From a virus, in IMG/VR virus record IMGVR_UViG_3300048916_000050, positions 1-43,471 of that record: a stretch of DNA of 43,471 bases, one strand, 5' to 3'. Shown piece by piece: positions 24,885 through 32,594 of the stretch (positions are counted from its first letter, which is position 1; each line of letters starts with the position of its first letter). A model generated the notes under the pieces. That model had not been told where the DNA came from and ran no database searches. It worked only from the letters and a program-made list of their open reading frames with translations. Position numbers and translations under genes: made by a program.

Positions 24885-25121
24885 ATGGAGGATAGATTGG
24901 CTATTATTCACCAGATCCGCCGCGAGCTTCCGGTAAGAACTGCTGACAGCGTTGCAGCGCTTTGTCAGCTGGCCGGCGACCAAGATCTAGCGGCGCGGTC
25001 AAAACAAATTGATCGAGCGGCCGCCAGCATCGTTACTGAGATGAAGAAGATTCACGGCGGGGATTGGCAGTCTCAGATTGACCATCAGAGACGCCTTGTG
25101 ATGATCTGGGCGGTTGATTAA
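24885..25121 (+). CDS. hypothetical 78-aa protein convergent with, and overlapping, the repressor gene
   Basis: The ATG lies 6 nt after TAATAT (24873-24878), with no SD. The 3' 89 nt overlap the repressor 3' end on the other strand. Confidence 0.4.
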   Translation: MEDRLAIIHQIRRELPVRTADSVAALCQLAGDQDLAARSKQIDRAAASIVTEMKKIHGGDWQSQIDHQRRLVMIWAVD

Positions 25122-25449
25122 CGCGCAAATGGTTTGAAATTACGCTGAATGCCACTTCCACGCCTCGACTATCCAACCCCTCGATCCTCTTCAAAACGCT
25201 GAGTATCTCCTCATCTGACCGGATGAGGGGGCTCGTGTCCCCGAGCTTCACTTCTGTCCCGATCGCCGCCAGGATTGCTTGAACATTCTGGAATGAAGCG
25301 CTCGACTCGATGCCTTCTTCTCGGCTTCGTCTCCAATTCCGGATCGTATCTTTCTTCCCTGTGACACGACGCGACAGTTCCGTCATCGTCTCGCCTGTGA
25401 GGCGCTCGTGCCGGTCAATCACATCCAGGATATCGTTGATCGTAATCAT
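25033..25449 (-). CDS. CI/XRE-type HTH repressor (138 aa, no S24 peptidase domain)
   Basis: 'MITINDILDVIDRHERLTGETMTELSRRVTGKKDTIRNW' HTH. ATG 25449 abuts operator O3. The 249-aa ORF version would cover the operators. Confidence 0.7.
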   Translation of the reverse strand: MITINDILDVIDRHERLTGETMTELSRRVTGKKDTIRNWRRSREEGIESSASFQNVQAILAAIGTEVKLGDTSPLIRSDEEILSVLKRIEGLDSRGVEVAFSVISNHLRVNQPPRSSQGVSDGQSETANPRRESSSSQ

Positions 25450-25525
25450 GCGGTCAAAATACCGCTCTGAAAGCATTTTCGCGAGCGGTAAGAAAACCGT
25501 TGACATCGGCGGTAAAATAACCGAT
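25450..25525. promoter_or_regulatory. divergent repressor / rightward-operon control region with operators O3-O5
   Basis: O3 25450-25465 GCGGTCAAAATACCGC (perfect inverted repeat), O4 25485-25500 GCGGTAAGAAAACCGT, O5 25509-25524 GCGGTAAAATAACCGA. A perfect TTGACA lies at 25500-25505 facing right. On the minus strand, TATTTT (25461-25456) lies 6 nt before the repressor ATG. Confidence 0.6.
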
Positions 25526-25533
25526 GGTGGGCC

Positions 25534-25779
25534 ATGCTCAACACGAAACACCTCCTCAAAGTCGCCGAAACATACGGCAAGCTGACGAAAGTCGAAGAAA
25601 AGACGGTTAGCAGCCGCGTCTTCGCTGACAGCAAGAAGCTCCGAGCGATCCGCGACGGGGCTGACATCACAGTCGGTCGGTACAACGCGGCTCTGGAGTG
25701 GTTTTCGGAGAACTGGCCGGAAGGCAAGAAGTGGCCGGATAGCGTTCCGCGCCCTGAAAGCGAGAGGGCGCAGGCATGA
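25534..25779 (+). CDS. first gene of the rightward operon (Cro position), function unrecognised
   Basis: 81-aa ORF directly downstream of the operator cluster. Confidence 0.55.
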   Translation: MLNTKHLLKVAETYGKLTKVEEKTVSSRVFADSKKLRAIRDGADITVGRYNAALEWFSENWPEGKKWPDSVPRPESERAQA

Positions 25780-26054
25780 CATTCAAGCCTTTCAAAGAGC
25801 TGACCGTTCTTAAGCCAGTCTCGGCAGACGGCAACTACAAGCTCATCACATCCGGCGGGAACGTCTATGCAGAAGTCCCGAGCGAAGAAGACGCATACCG
25901 CTTCGCTGACTGCTGGAACGCTCTTCGGAAGGTTGCTTTCCCTGAGGCTCATATAAACGCCTCGGAGGAATATATCGGACGCCTTGAGCGTCTTCGGAAA
26001 GACGCTGTATCTCGCTCGCAGGAACTGGAAGCGCATATAAGGGCACTGTCCTGA
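25776..26054 (+). CDS. hypothetical protein (92 aa)
   Basis: ATGA-coupled ORF. Confidence 0.5.
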   Translation: MTFKPFKELTVLKPVSADGNYKLITSGGNVYAEVPSEEDAYRFADCWNALRKVAFPEAHINASEEYIGRLERLRKDAVSRSQELEAHIRALS

Positions 26055-26569
26055 TGCTGAACGTTTCGCCATATCCTCAATGCGCCCGACGTCTGCATCA
26101 TCAGCAGGTGAACCTGAACGAAGAGAAGTTCACGGAATACTGGGCGGCAGTAAACGTGTCGTCGGAACTGTCCGACGCGCAGATGACGGAATTCGGAGGC
26201 TTCGATTTCGCTGACCGATCGGTAGAGAACGGCAAGAGACTGCTTAAGCGCCTTGAAGAATTCTTCGTATGGCGCTCGCAGAAATACGCCAAGAACTCGG
26301 TTCTGGCGTCTGACACACTCAAGGCTTTGCTCGGATCGCGCGGCGTCAAGACGTCGGCGCTGAAGTCCGAGGACGATTACTGGAAAGCTGCGGAAACTCT
26401 CTTCCCCGGCAGGATCGCACGCAACGGCAGCTTTACGTCTTTGGCAGTGCAGATCCATTCCATACCCAAAAAAGAACGCAAACGTCTCGGCGCGGCGAAC
26501 CTTCGCAACGTGCCGGTCGAGTGGATTTCTGATGCTTCGGTGCATCAGGCGAAGCTTTCCAAAAATTAG
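26054..26569 (+). CDS. hypothetical protein (171 aa)
   Basis: Start overlaps the upstream stop (TGATG). Confidence 0.5.
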   Translation: MLNVSPYPQCARRLHHQQVNLNEEKFTEYWAAVNVSSELSDAQMTEFGGFDFADRSVENGKRLLKRLEEFFVWRSQKYAKNSVLASDTLKALLGSRGVKTSALKSEDDYWKAAETLFPGRIARNGSFTSLAVQIHSIPKKERKRLGAANLRNVPVEWISDASVHQAKLSKN

Positions 26570-26580
26570 AGGGTTTCATC

Positions 26581-26868
26581 ATGACCACCCACCCCACCCC
26601 AGAACAAAGACAAGCCCACATAGACGGGTGGCAGGACATCGCGACGGCACCAGACGGTGCGGATTTTCTCGCATATGGATCATATCTCTATCCGGGCGAT
26701 AATACCGAAACGCAATACATCATGATCGCCGAGAAGACCGGTCTTCGTGATTGGCCTTACGAGACGGCCGAAGGCCAGCATCCTGCGAACTTCTTCACGC
26801 ACTGGCAGCCCCTTCCAAAGCCCCCATCCGGTTTCCACCCCACCATCAATAACTCCAGAGGAGAGTAG
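26581..26868 (+). CDS. DUF551-like small protein
   Basis: 'GWQDIATAPDG..FLAY...THWQPLPKPP' pattern. AGAGGG upstream. Confidence 0.45.
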   Translation: MTTHPTPEQRQAHIDGWQDIATAPDGADFLAYGSYLYPGDNTETQYIMIAEKTGLRDWPYETAEGQHPANFFTHWQPLPKPPSGFHPTINNSRGE

Positions 26869-26871
26869 GCC

Positions 26872-27162
26872 ATGAGCAATCAGTTCCATGTTGGCCAACG
26901 CGTCGTCTATGTCGGGCACAAAAGCCACGGAAAGTTCAAAGGGTATCAGTACCCAGAGGCTGGTAAAGTCTACACCGTTAGACAGATCGGCCCAAGCAAT
27001 CCAGATGTCATCCTTCTTTTCGGTATATGCAACTCGAAGCCTTTCGAGCTTTACGAGCCCGGCTTCAATTACTCCGGCTTCCGTCCGGTCATAGTACCAA
27101 AAACAGACATCTCCATCTTCACCGACATGCTGAAAACACAGCGCACGAGGATATCGGCATGA
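26872..27162 (+). CDS. hypothetical protein (96 aa)
   Basis: GGAGAG SD upstream. Confidence 0.5.
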   Translation: MSNQFHVGQRVVYVGHKSHGKFKGYQYPEAGKVYTVRQIGPSNPDVILLFGICNSKPFELYEPGFNYSGFRPVIVPKTDISIFTDMLKTQRTRISA

Positions 27163-27353
27163 CCGACACTCTCATCCGCATCCGCTCCACTGACGACGGC
27201 ATAGAGCTATCCCAGCAATGCCCTTCGCCGGAATGGTCGATTAACGGGCGCGGCGGCAGGACTGACGTTGTGGATCTCCCAGACGCTGAACTGCCGCGCA
27301 TCCTGAAAGTAATCCGCCAGCGACTTGAAGAGATCGAAGGAGTTTCAGCATGA
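27159..27353 (+). CDS. hypothetical protein (64 aa)
   Basis: ATG 27159 overlaps the upstream stop (ATGA). Confidence 0.45.
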   Translation: MTDTLIRIRSTDDGIELSQQCPSPEWSINGRGGRTDVVDLPDAELPRILKVIRQRLEEIEGVSA

Positions 27354-27577
27354 CCTGCAAGTGCGTCGAAACCGTCAACGAAAAGCTCAAGAGCTACAAC
27401 ACGCGCCTGAAGCTGGCGATGATGCTCGGCGAATGCGCTCATGACGGGCTCATGCTCGAAACCTCCCAGATCGAGACGGGTCGCGGCAAGGCTAAGGCCG
27501 TCAGCATGTTCCTCACCTACTGCCCTTTCTGCGGCACGAAGTATGCAGATGAAAAATCCGAGAGCGAGGCAGCATGA
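27350..27577 (+). CDS. hypothetical small Cys-containing protein (75 aa)
   Basis: 'CKC...CPFCG' motif. ATGA-coupled. Confidence 0.5.
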   Translation: MTCKCVETVNEKLKSYNTRLKLAMMLGECAHDGLMLETSQIETGRGKAKAVSMFLTYCPFCGTKYADEKSESEAA

Positions 27578-27744
27578 GCGAGCTTCAGACAGGTCTCGTC
27601 CTCGCATTCGTCTTCGGCATTCCGACCCTCTTCGCATTCATCGCCATTGCCATGTCAGGACGCTGCGCAAGGGAAGAGCGTGAGCAGCAGATGTTGCGCT
27701 CCGCCGAGGTTGTCCGGTTCCCGCTTCCGAGGAGGAAGGCATGA
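27574..27744 (+). CDS. small single-TM protein (56 aa)
   Basis: MSELQTGLVLAFVFGIPTLFAFIAIAMSGRC.... ATGA-coupled on both sides. Not in the ORF track. Confidence 0.4.
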   Translation: MSELQTGLVLAFVFGIPTLFAFIAIAMSGRCAREEREQQMLRSAEVVRFPLPRRKA

Positions 27745-27950
27745 GCGAGATCAGCAAATACAAGCCTTGCAAAGTCGGAGAGCGTCGAAACGGCACTGTC
27801 TGGATTTCATTCGGCGATCCTGAGAGCGGCCCGCATTACCAGTGCGATTTCGGCGAGGATATCGAAATTGCTAACGCCGTGGCCAATGCTTTCAACGCCC
27901 ACAATTTCACTACTCCTGAGCCCGTCACCCCTCCCAAGCAGGGCTCTTGA
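27741..27950 (+). CDS. hypothetical protein (69 aa)
   Basis: ATGA-coupled. Last gene before a long hairpin. Confidence 0.5.
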   Translation: MSEISKYKPCKVGERRNGTVWISFGDPESGPHYQCDFGEDIEIANAVANAFNAHNFTTPEPVTPPKQGS

Positions 27951-27954
27951 GCGC

Positions 27955-28009
27955 GTGATGACGGCTTCACGGTGCCTCCCCTCCCGTAGCCGTCATCACC
28001 ACCAGTTTT
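27955..28009 (+). terminator. long hairpin, possible terminator of the first rightward block
   Basis: GTGATGACGGCT (27955-27966) pairs with AGCCGTCATCAC (27988-27999), with an extra ACGG/CCGT pairing inside. The TTTT run begins only 6 nt after the stem. Confidence 0.35.
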
Positions 28010-28159
28010 GGCAGTTCAAACTGCCCAACAATGCGAACGGCAAGCGACCCGATCGACTCAAACCCCTCAACCGGATCGCTTGCATCTTCCAGGCCACGAG
28101 GGCGGCGGCAATGGGCCTGGAATTCTAGAATTTGTGCATCCCCGCGGCGGGGCTGAGCA

Positions 28160-28215
28160 GAAGACGGAGAGGTTGCTTTGCCTCTCGCAACTGAGGCGCG
28201 GGCCTCTCCGTCTTC
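28160..28215. repeat. 13-bp perfect inverted repeat with an internal 5-bp hairpin
   Basis: GAAGACGGAGAGG (28160-28172) and CCTCTCCGTCTTC (28203-28215). Inner pair GCCTC (28180-28184) and GAGGC (28193-28197). No adjacent T-run. Confidence 0.8.
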
Positions 28216-28267
28216 GATGTGAATGTCCCTGTGGTTCATTCGTTTGCTCCCTTTGAACAAGGGCAAC

Positions 28268-28681
28268 ATGAACCAGCAGGAGCCAGAAAAAATGGAAATC
28301 TCGTCCGGAGATTCGGAGAAACTAAAACAGGAAGAACGCAAGCAGATGTCTGATGTAGCTACCGCAAACTTCCTCGTCGAGCAGATCGGCGGGAAACGGC
28401 ACGTTGGGGAAATGCTCCATACTGCGTGGAAAGAGCTTTCGAAGCGCTTCCCGCACAGAGAAGACCCCGAGAACAAGTGGACTGAAAGGCGCCTGAAAGC
28501 ATGGCGCCATAGCGAAAGCCGCTGCGTCGAGCATTTCCAGATGATGGAGCTTTACGCCACGGCAGAGGCATTGCGCGCAGCGAGGAACGAACATGCCGAA
28601 TACACAGCAAAAACCGCCCGTCTTCGTCAGATGGCTGAGCTTCGAAAGGCGGCACTCAATAGCGATGTGGCTCCGAGATAA
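28268..28681 (+). CDS. hypothetical protein (137 aa)
   Basis: ATG 28268 follows AAGGG. The ORF opens at 28223. Confidence 0.5.
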   Translation: MNQQEPEKMEISSGDSEKLKQEERKQMSDVATANFLVEQIGGKRHVGEMLHTAWKELSKRFPHREDPENKWTERRLKAWRHSESRCVEHFQMMELYATAEALRAARNEHAEYTAKTARLRQMAELRKAALNSDVAPR

Positions 28682-28732
28682 GGCGGCCGGCTTGGCTGAG
28701 TGGATTTGTCCCGAGCTTAAGGAGGGCGGCGA

Positions 28733-29317
28733 ATGACCGTCTATTTTGCGCAGACACGCATCGACCTGACAAAGGTCAAGATCGGCTGGACGACAAATCT
28801 CGAATCCCGACAAGCAACAATGTCCGTAAGTGTCCCCGGCGGGATCAGCATCATGGCAACTTTGGACGGAGGCAAGGAGACGGAAGAATACCTTCACGGA
28901 CTGTTCGAAAAGGACAGGGTGGGTGGAGAGTGGTTCAACCTATCGGACGAGCTTCGATCTTTCATCCGAGACGTTCAAAACGGCAAGAAGGGTCTGATCC
29001 CGTTCGTTGACGACGCGAAATATATGGTCCGAACGACATCCGAATATGCGCAAGACGCCGTCGAACTCGCGAGCCAAATGGCGACAGCTATCCTGAACGC
29101 TGAGTTCAAAGGCGTAGGCGACACAATCGACGCCACGATGTTTCGGATCAAGACGAAGCACGGCATCAAGGAAGATGTGCTGCGGCGCCTACGCTACCGG
29201 CAGAAGAAGGACATCTGGGCCGGCGAGTACCTCCACCTCAAGGCTGTTTATGAGCAACGGGTTCTGGCGCGACAAGGCAGCGTCGTCGATCTCGTGTCTG
29301 CCTCCACCACCCCATAA
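28733..29317 (+). CDS. T5orf172/GIY-YIG-like domain protein
   Basis: 'VYFAQT..KVKIGWTTNLESRQ...ETEEYLHGLFEKDRVGGEWFNL'. AGGAGGG SD. Confidence 0.65.
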   Translation: MTVYFAQTRIDLTKVKIGWTTNLESRQATMSVSVPGGISIMATLDGGKETEEYLHGLFEKDRVGGEWFNLSDELRSFIRDVQNGKKGLIPFVDDAKYMVRTTSEYAQDAVELASQMATAILNAEFKGVGDTIDATMFRIKTKHGIKEDVLRRLRYRQKKDIWAGEYLHLKAVYEQRVLARQGSVVDLVSASTTP

Positions 29318-29338
29318 CCCCTACCCAAGAGGGCGACG

Positions 29339-29650
29339 ATGAAACCGAAGAAAAGAAAGCTGCACAAGAATATCTGCGTTGCGTTCGCTCGGCTTACCCG
29401 TTCCGGCGAACTGCTCTGCCGGCAGTCGTCATCGACGGAAGAGGCAAAGAAGGGCGGCGGATACGTCTACTATATGGCGAAGTCCGGAAAGGAAGTCTCG
29501 CCGGTAAGCGCGAAATCGCTAATCGACATGGGTCTTGTGACCGAGCGCAACGACGGCTTATTCGCTGGTAGCTCTCAGTCTTTCGCGCCGATCCCATCGG
29601 CAGAGTTCGACGCATTCCGCGAACAATACGAGGCGCATCAGCATGTTTAG
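29339..29650 (+). CDS. hypothetical protein (103 aa)
   Basis: ORF with AGAGGG upstream. Confidence 0.5.
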   Translation: MKPKKRKLHKNICVAFARLTRSGELLCRQSSSTEEAKKGGGYVYYMAKSGKEVSPVSAKSLIDMGLVTERNDGLFAGSSQSFAPIPSAEFDAFREQYEAHQHV

Positions 29651-29840
29651 CCTCGAACAGAAGCGTGACGCCATACAGGTCATCATCGACAACACCCGTG
29701 CATGGCTTGCCACGTTCGGCGACGGGCCGAAGAAGCGCCCCCAGAACGAGATCGACACCAAGACGCATCGCCTCGACGTCCTGAAAGAGATCCGAGACGA
29801 TTACGAGAACGCCGTTCAGCGCAAGCGAGGCGCGGCATGA
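29643..29840 (+). CDS. hypothetical protein (65 aa)
   Basis: Overlaps both neighbours. Confidence 0.45.
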   Translation: MFSLEQKRDAIQVIIDNTRAWLATFGDGPKKRPQNEIDTKTHRLDVLKEIRDDYENAVQRKRGAA

Positions 29841-30193
29841 TGGCAAATTTCTTCCTCCCGTGGCCCGACAAACGCCTATCTCCGAACGCCAGAGTGCATT
29901 GGGCGTCTCTCGCCCGCGCCAAGAAGGCAGCGAAGCGCACGGCCTATTACGCGACTCTGGAAGCAGGCATTGGCAGGATCGAGGCGGATAGTCTGTCCGT
30001 CAAGTATTCGTTCTTCCCGCCAGACCGGCGCGCTCGGGATGCCGACAACATGCTCTCGAGCTGCAAGGCATATCAGGACGGCATCGCCGCAGCGATCGGC
30101 ATTGATGACAGCAAGTTTCAAGTCACCATAGCACCCCGCGGCCCCGTTGAGCGCGCCGGCATGGTCAAGGTCGAACTGGAGTGGGCGGAATAA
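29837..30193 (+). CDS. rusA: RusA-family Holliday junction resolvase
   Basis: 'LSPNARVHW..AK' and 'RDADNMLSSCKAYQDGIAAAIGIDDSKF' motifs. ATGA overlap with the upstream gene. Confidence 0.8.
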   Translation: MMANFFLPWPDKRLSPNARVHWASLARAKKAAKRTAYYATLEAGIGRIEADSLSVKYSFFPPDRRARDADNMLSSCKAYQDGIAAAIGIDDSKFQVTIAPRGPVERAGMVKVELEWAE

Positions 30194-30729
30194 TGGGGAA
30201 GCCTTCTATAAGCAAAGAACCATCACGCGATAGAGTAACCGAGGTCTTGGACTATGATGCCTCTACTGGCGTGTTTAGATGGAAGATCATAAACAGCAAC
30301 CGCACGAAGATAGGTTCTGTAGCTGGGTCGATAGCGAAAAGTCCAAGGGGCCCATACCGAGTAATTGGTATTGATGGCGTCAAATATAGAGCGTCTGCGC
30401 TTGCAGTTATGTGCGTCACAGGAGTGTGGCCGACAGAACTAGTAGACCACCGAAACCATAATACTCTGGATGACAGGTTCGATAACGTCCGGCCTGCTAC
30501 CTACCAAGAGAACTCGTTCAACACGGGGGCGCACGTCGATAATGCTACAGGTCTTAAAGGCGTCCACCTTCACGTAGACGGACGCTATAGAGCGCAAATC
30601 TCAGTCAATCGAAAGCGCGCTCACTTAGGACTCTTCGCCACAGCTTCTCAAGCGCACCAAGCATATTTGGCGGCTGCTGAACGGCTGCACGGTGAGTTTT
30701 TCTATGGAGGCGACAATAGGAAAGCGTAG
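30193..30729 (+). CDS. HNH endonuclease with an AP2-like DNA-binding domain (homing-endonuclease-like)
   Basis: 'VDHRNHNTLDDRFDNVRPATYQEN' and 'GVHLHVDGRYRAQISVNRKRAHLGLF'. Visibly lower GC. TAATG overlap with rusA. Confidence 0.8.
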   Translation: MGKPSISKEPSRDRVTEVLDYDASTGVFRWKIINSNRTKIGSVAGSIAKSPRGPYRVIGIDGVKYRASALAVMCVTGVWPTELVDHRNHNTLDDRFDNVRPATYQENSFNTGAHVDNATGLKGVHLHVDGRYRAQISVNRKRAHLGLFATASQAHQAYLAAAERLHGEFFYGGDNRKA

Positions 30730-31237
30730 CACCTTCGAACGGCGCAAGAACGATGCCTATCAGACGCCTCCGTCTGCCGTCGGGCCTCTATTACCTCATC
30801 TTCGTGGCATCAAGACATTTGCGGAGCCTTGCGTGGGCGAAGGAAGACTGGTTGCCGAACTGGAGCGCAACGGCCTTTCTTGCTCATTCTCCGGAGATAT
30901 CGAGACAGGTTTTGACGCGCTCACCAGCATAGCGCTCGATCACGTCAAATTCGATGCCATCATTACCAACCCGCCTTGGACTCGCGAACTGCTTCACCCG
31001 ATGATCCGGCGTTTCCAGGCTATCGCGCCAACATGGCTGCTCTTCGATGCTGATTGGGTTCACACCCGGCAGGCTGTCCCGTTCATAGATCAGTGTAGCC
31101 ACATAGTCAGCGTCGGCCGCGTGAAGTGGATCGAGGACTCGCAATTCACCGGAAAAGACAACGCCGCATGGCATCGCTTTCATGCCCAGCATGTCGGTGG
31201 CCCGCGGTTCTTTGCAAGAGAGGCGGCCGCAGCATGA
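30692..31237 (+). CDS. gamma-class N6-adenine DNA methyltransferase (orphan)
   Basis: 'YQTPP', 'FAEPCVGEGRLV' and 'IITNPPW' motifs in gamma order. The start may be ATG 30704. Confidence 0.7.
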   Translation: MSFSMEATIGKRSTFERRKNDAYQTPPSAVGPLLPHLRGIKTFAEPCVGEGRLVAELERNGLSCSFSGDIETGFDALTSIALDHVKFDAIITNPPWTRELLHPMIRRFQAIAPTWLLFDADWVHTRQAVPFIDQCSHIVSVGRVKWIEDSQFTGKDNAAWHRFHAQHVGGPRFFAREAAAA

Positions 31238-31566
31238 CGACATTCGCAGAGTTCTACCAAGCATTTCCCCGCAAGAAAGCCCGCGGCGATGCAGAGAAGG
31301 CATGGCAGCAGGCAATCAAGAAGGGACACGCGCCTGACGAGATCATGGCCGGCCTGATGCGCAACCTCGCCGATCTCCAGCGCCGTGATGCGCAGTTCAT
31401 TCCCTACCCGGCGACCTGGCTACGTGCCGAATCCTTCTTCGATGAGCCAGATCCTGTTCAACGCAATAATGGGAGACGATCAATTGCCGACGCCGCACGT
31501 GACTTCCTCACCAGCAACGATTATCGCGGCGATGCTTTCGGGGTTCCCAGCATCCGCCAACACTGA
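31234..31566 (+). CDS. hypothetical conserved phage protein (replication-module associated)
   Basis: 'FAEFYQAFPRKKARGDAEKAW' N-terminus, common next to phage replication genes. ATGA overlap. Confidence 0.5.
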   Translation: MTTFAEFYQAFPRKKARGDAEKAWQQAIKKGHAPDEIMAGLMRNLADLQRRDAQFIPYPATWLRAESFFDEPDPVQRNNGRRSIADAARDFLTSNDYRGDAFGVPSIRQH

Positions 31567-31594
31567 TGCCGATATCCAGTTGAGAGCGTATCTG

Positions 31595-31933
31595 ATGGCA
31601 GTTGATGGTCTCGAGCCGGCAGCACTCGCCAGAGCAGCGCAGCGCTTCATGCGTGGTGAGGTTGGCGGCCATAACCGTTCCTTCGCCCCGAGCTGCGCAG
31701 AGTTTGCCGAAGAATGCCGGTTTCAGCAGATGTCGATCGCCGCAGAACGCCGACCACGTATCGAGCCGCCCAAGCCGAAAGACAATGGCCCACCGGTGGA
31801 TCCTCGCAAGCTCCAGCTCCTGAACAAGGCGCTGCAGGGCCATAACCCCTCCAGAGCCAAGCTTCGTCAGATGTTCCCGCATCTCGACATCCCAGACGCA
31901 CCAGTAACCAGTGATGAGGCGAATAAGCCATGA
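31595..31933 (+). CDS. hypothetical protein
   Basis: ATG 31595 (or TTG 31580) within ORF 31385..31933. The upstream part overlaps the preceding gene. Confidence 0.45.
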   Translation: MAVDGLEPAALARAAQRFMRGEVGGHNRSFAPSCAEFAEECRFQQMSIAAERRPRIEPPKPKDNGPPVDPRKLQLLNKALQGHNPSRAKLRQMFPHLDIPDAPVTSDEANKP

Positions 31934-32583
31934 CATTGCATCAGCCAATCCTTTCACAACAGCACCATAACTGGAAGGCTGCTCGCGAACGCCTGTTAGG
32001 CAAGCCAGTGAAGCCGACGCTTGCCATTGTCGCTGTCATCGAGCCAGAGCAGGTTGTTGAGGTCAAGACCGAGCCGCCGCGGGCAAGGCCTTTGTGGGCA
32101 TGGGCCGAGATCACATTTGACTGGCACATTCACGCGTGGCGCGAGTTCATCAGCAACACCATTTCGCAGATCATTCACGAGAATGCAGCAATGCGCGCAG
32201 CTCTTCAGGTTGCTTCGACCGATTCAGCGTTCGTCATCGCGGACAAGCGTCCGGTAGATGACATTGTGGCCGAAATCCTTGTGAACTTCCCTGGCATCAC
32301 GCGCAAGGACATCAACAGCCACCACAGAACGAAGGATATCATCTATCCGCGGCACCTGTGTTTCTATGCAGTTGTCGAGTCTAGACCAGATCTTTCGTTC
32401 CCGCAGATCGGCCGACTGTTCGGCTTCAGGGACCACACAACCATAATTTACGGCCACAAGAAGGTTTCCGAAATGACGGAAACGGACCACCGCAAACATT
32501 TGGCGCTACAGCGCGCGTTCTGCAAGAAACGCAGGAAATACACTCGCGAACGTATTCAAGAGCTTGAAGCAGCATCACAATAA
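31930..32583 (+). CDS. protein with a DnaA C-terminal (domain IV) DNA-binding domain
   Basis: 'HHRTKDIIYPRHLCFYAVVE..LSFPQIGRLFGFRDHTTIIYGHKKV' closely follows the DnaA domain IV pattern. Confidence 0.75.
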   Translation: MTLHQPILSQQHHNWKAARERLLGKPVKPTLAIVAVIEPEQVVEVKTEPPRARPLWAWAEITFDWHIHAWREFISNTISQIIHENAAMRAALQVASTDSAFVIADKRPVDDIVAEILVNFPGITRKDINSHHRTKDIIYPRHLCFYAVVESRPDLSFPQIGRLFGFRDHTTIIYGHKKVSEMTETDHRKHLALQRAFCKKRRKYTRERIQELEAASQ

Positions 32584-32594
32584 CGAGGCAGAGA

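Noticed and set aside
25033-25782. Full 249-aa version of the repressor ORF (also 25446..26072 and 25949..26545 on the minus strand)
   Set aside because: The N-terminal extension would run through the operator cluster and the divergent gene. The HTH protein starting at ATG 25449 is the coherent unit. The other two ORFs are shadows of plus-strand genes.
27967-28476. 169-aa minus-strand ORF in the palindrome-rich gap
   Set aside because: It spans hairpins and the start of a plus-strand gene and has no initiation signals. It is treated as non-coding.
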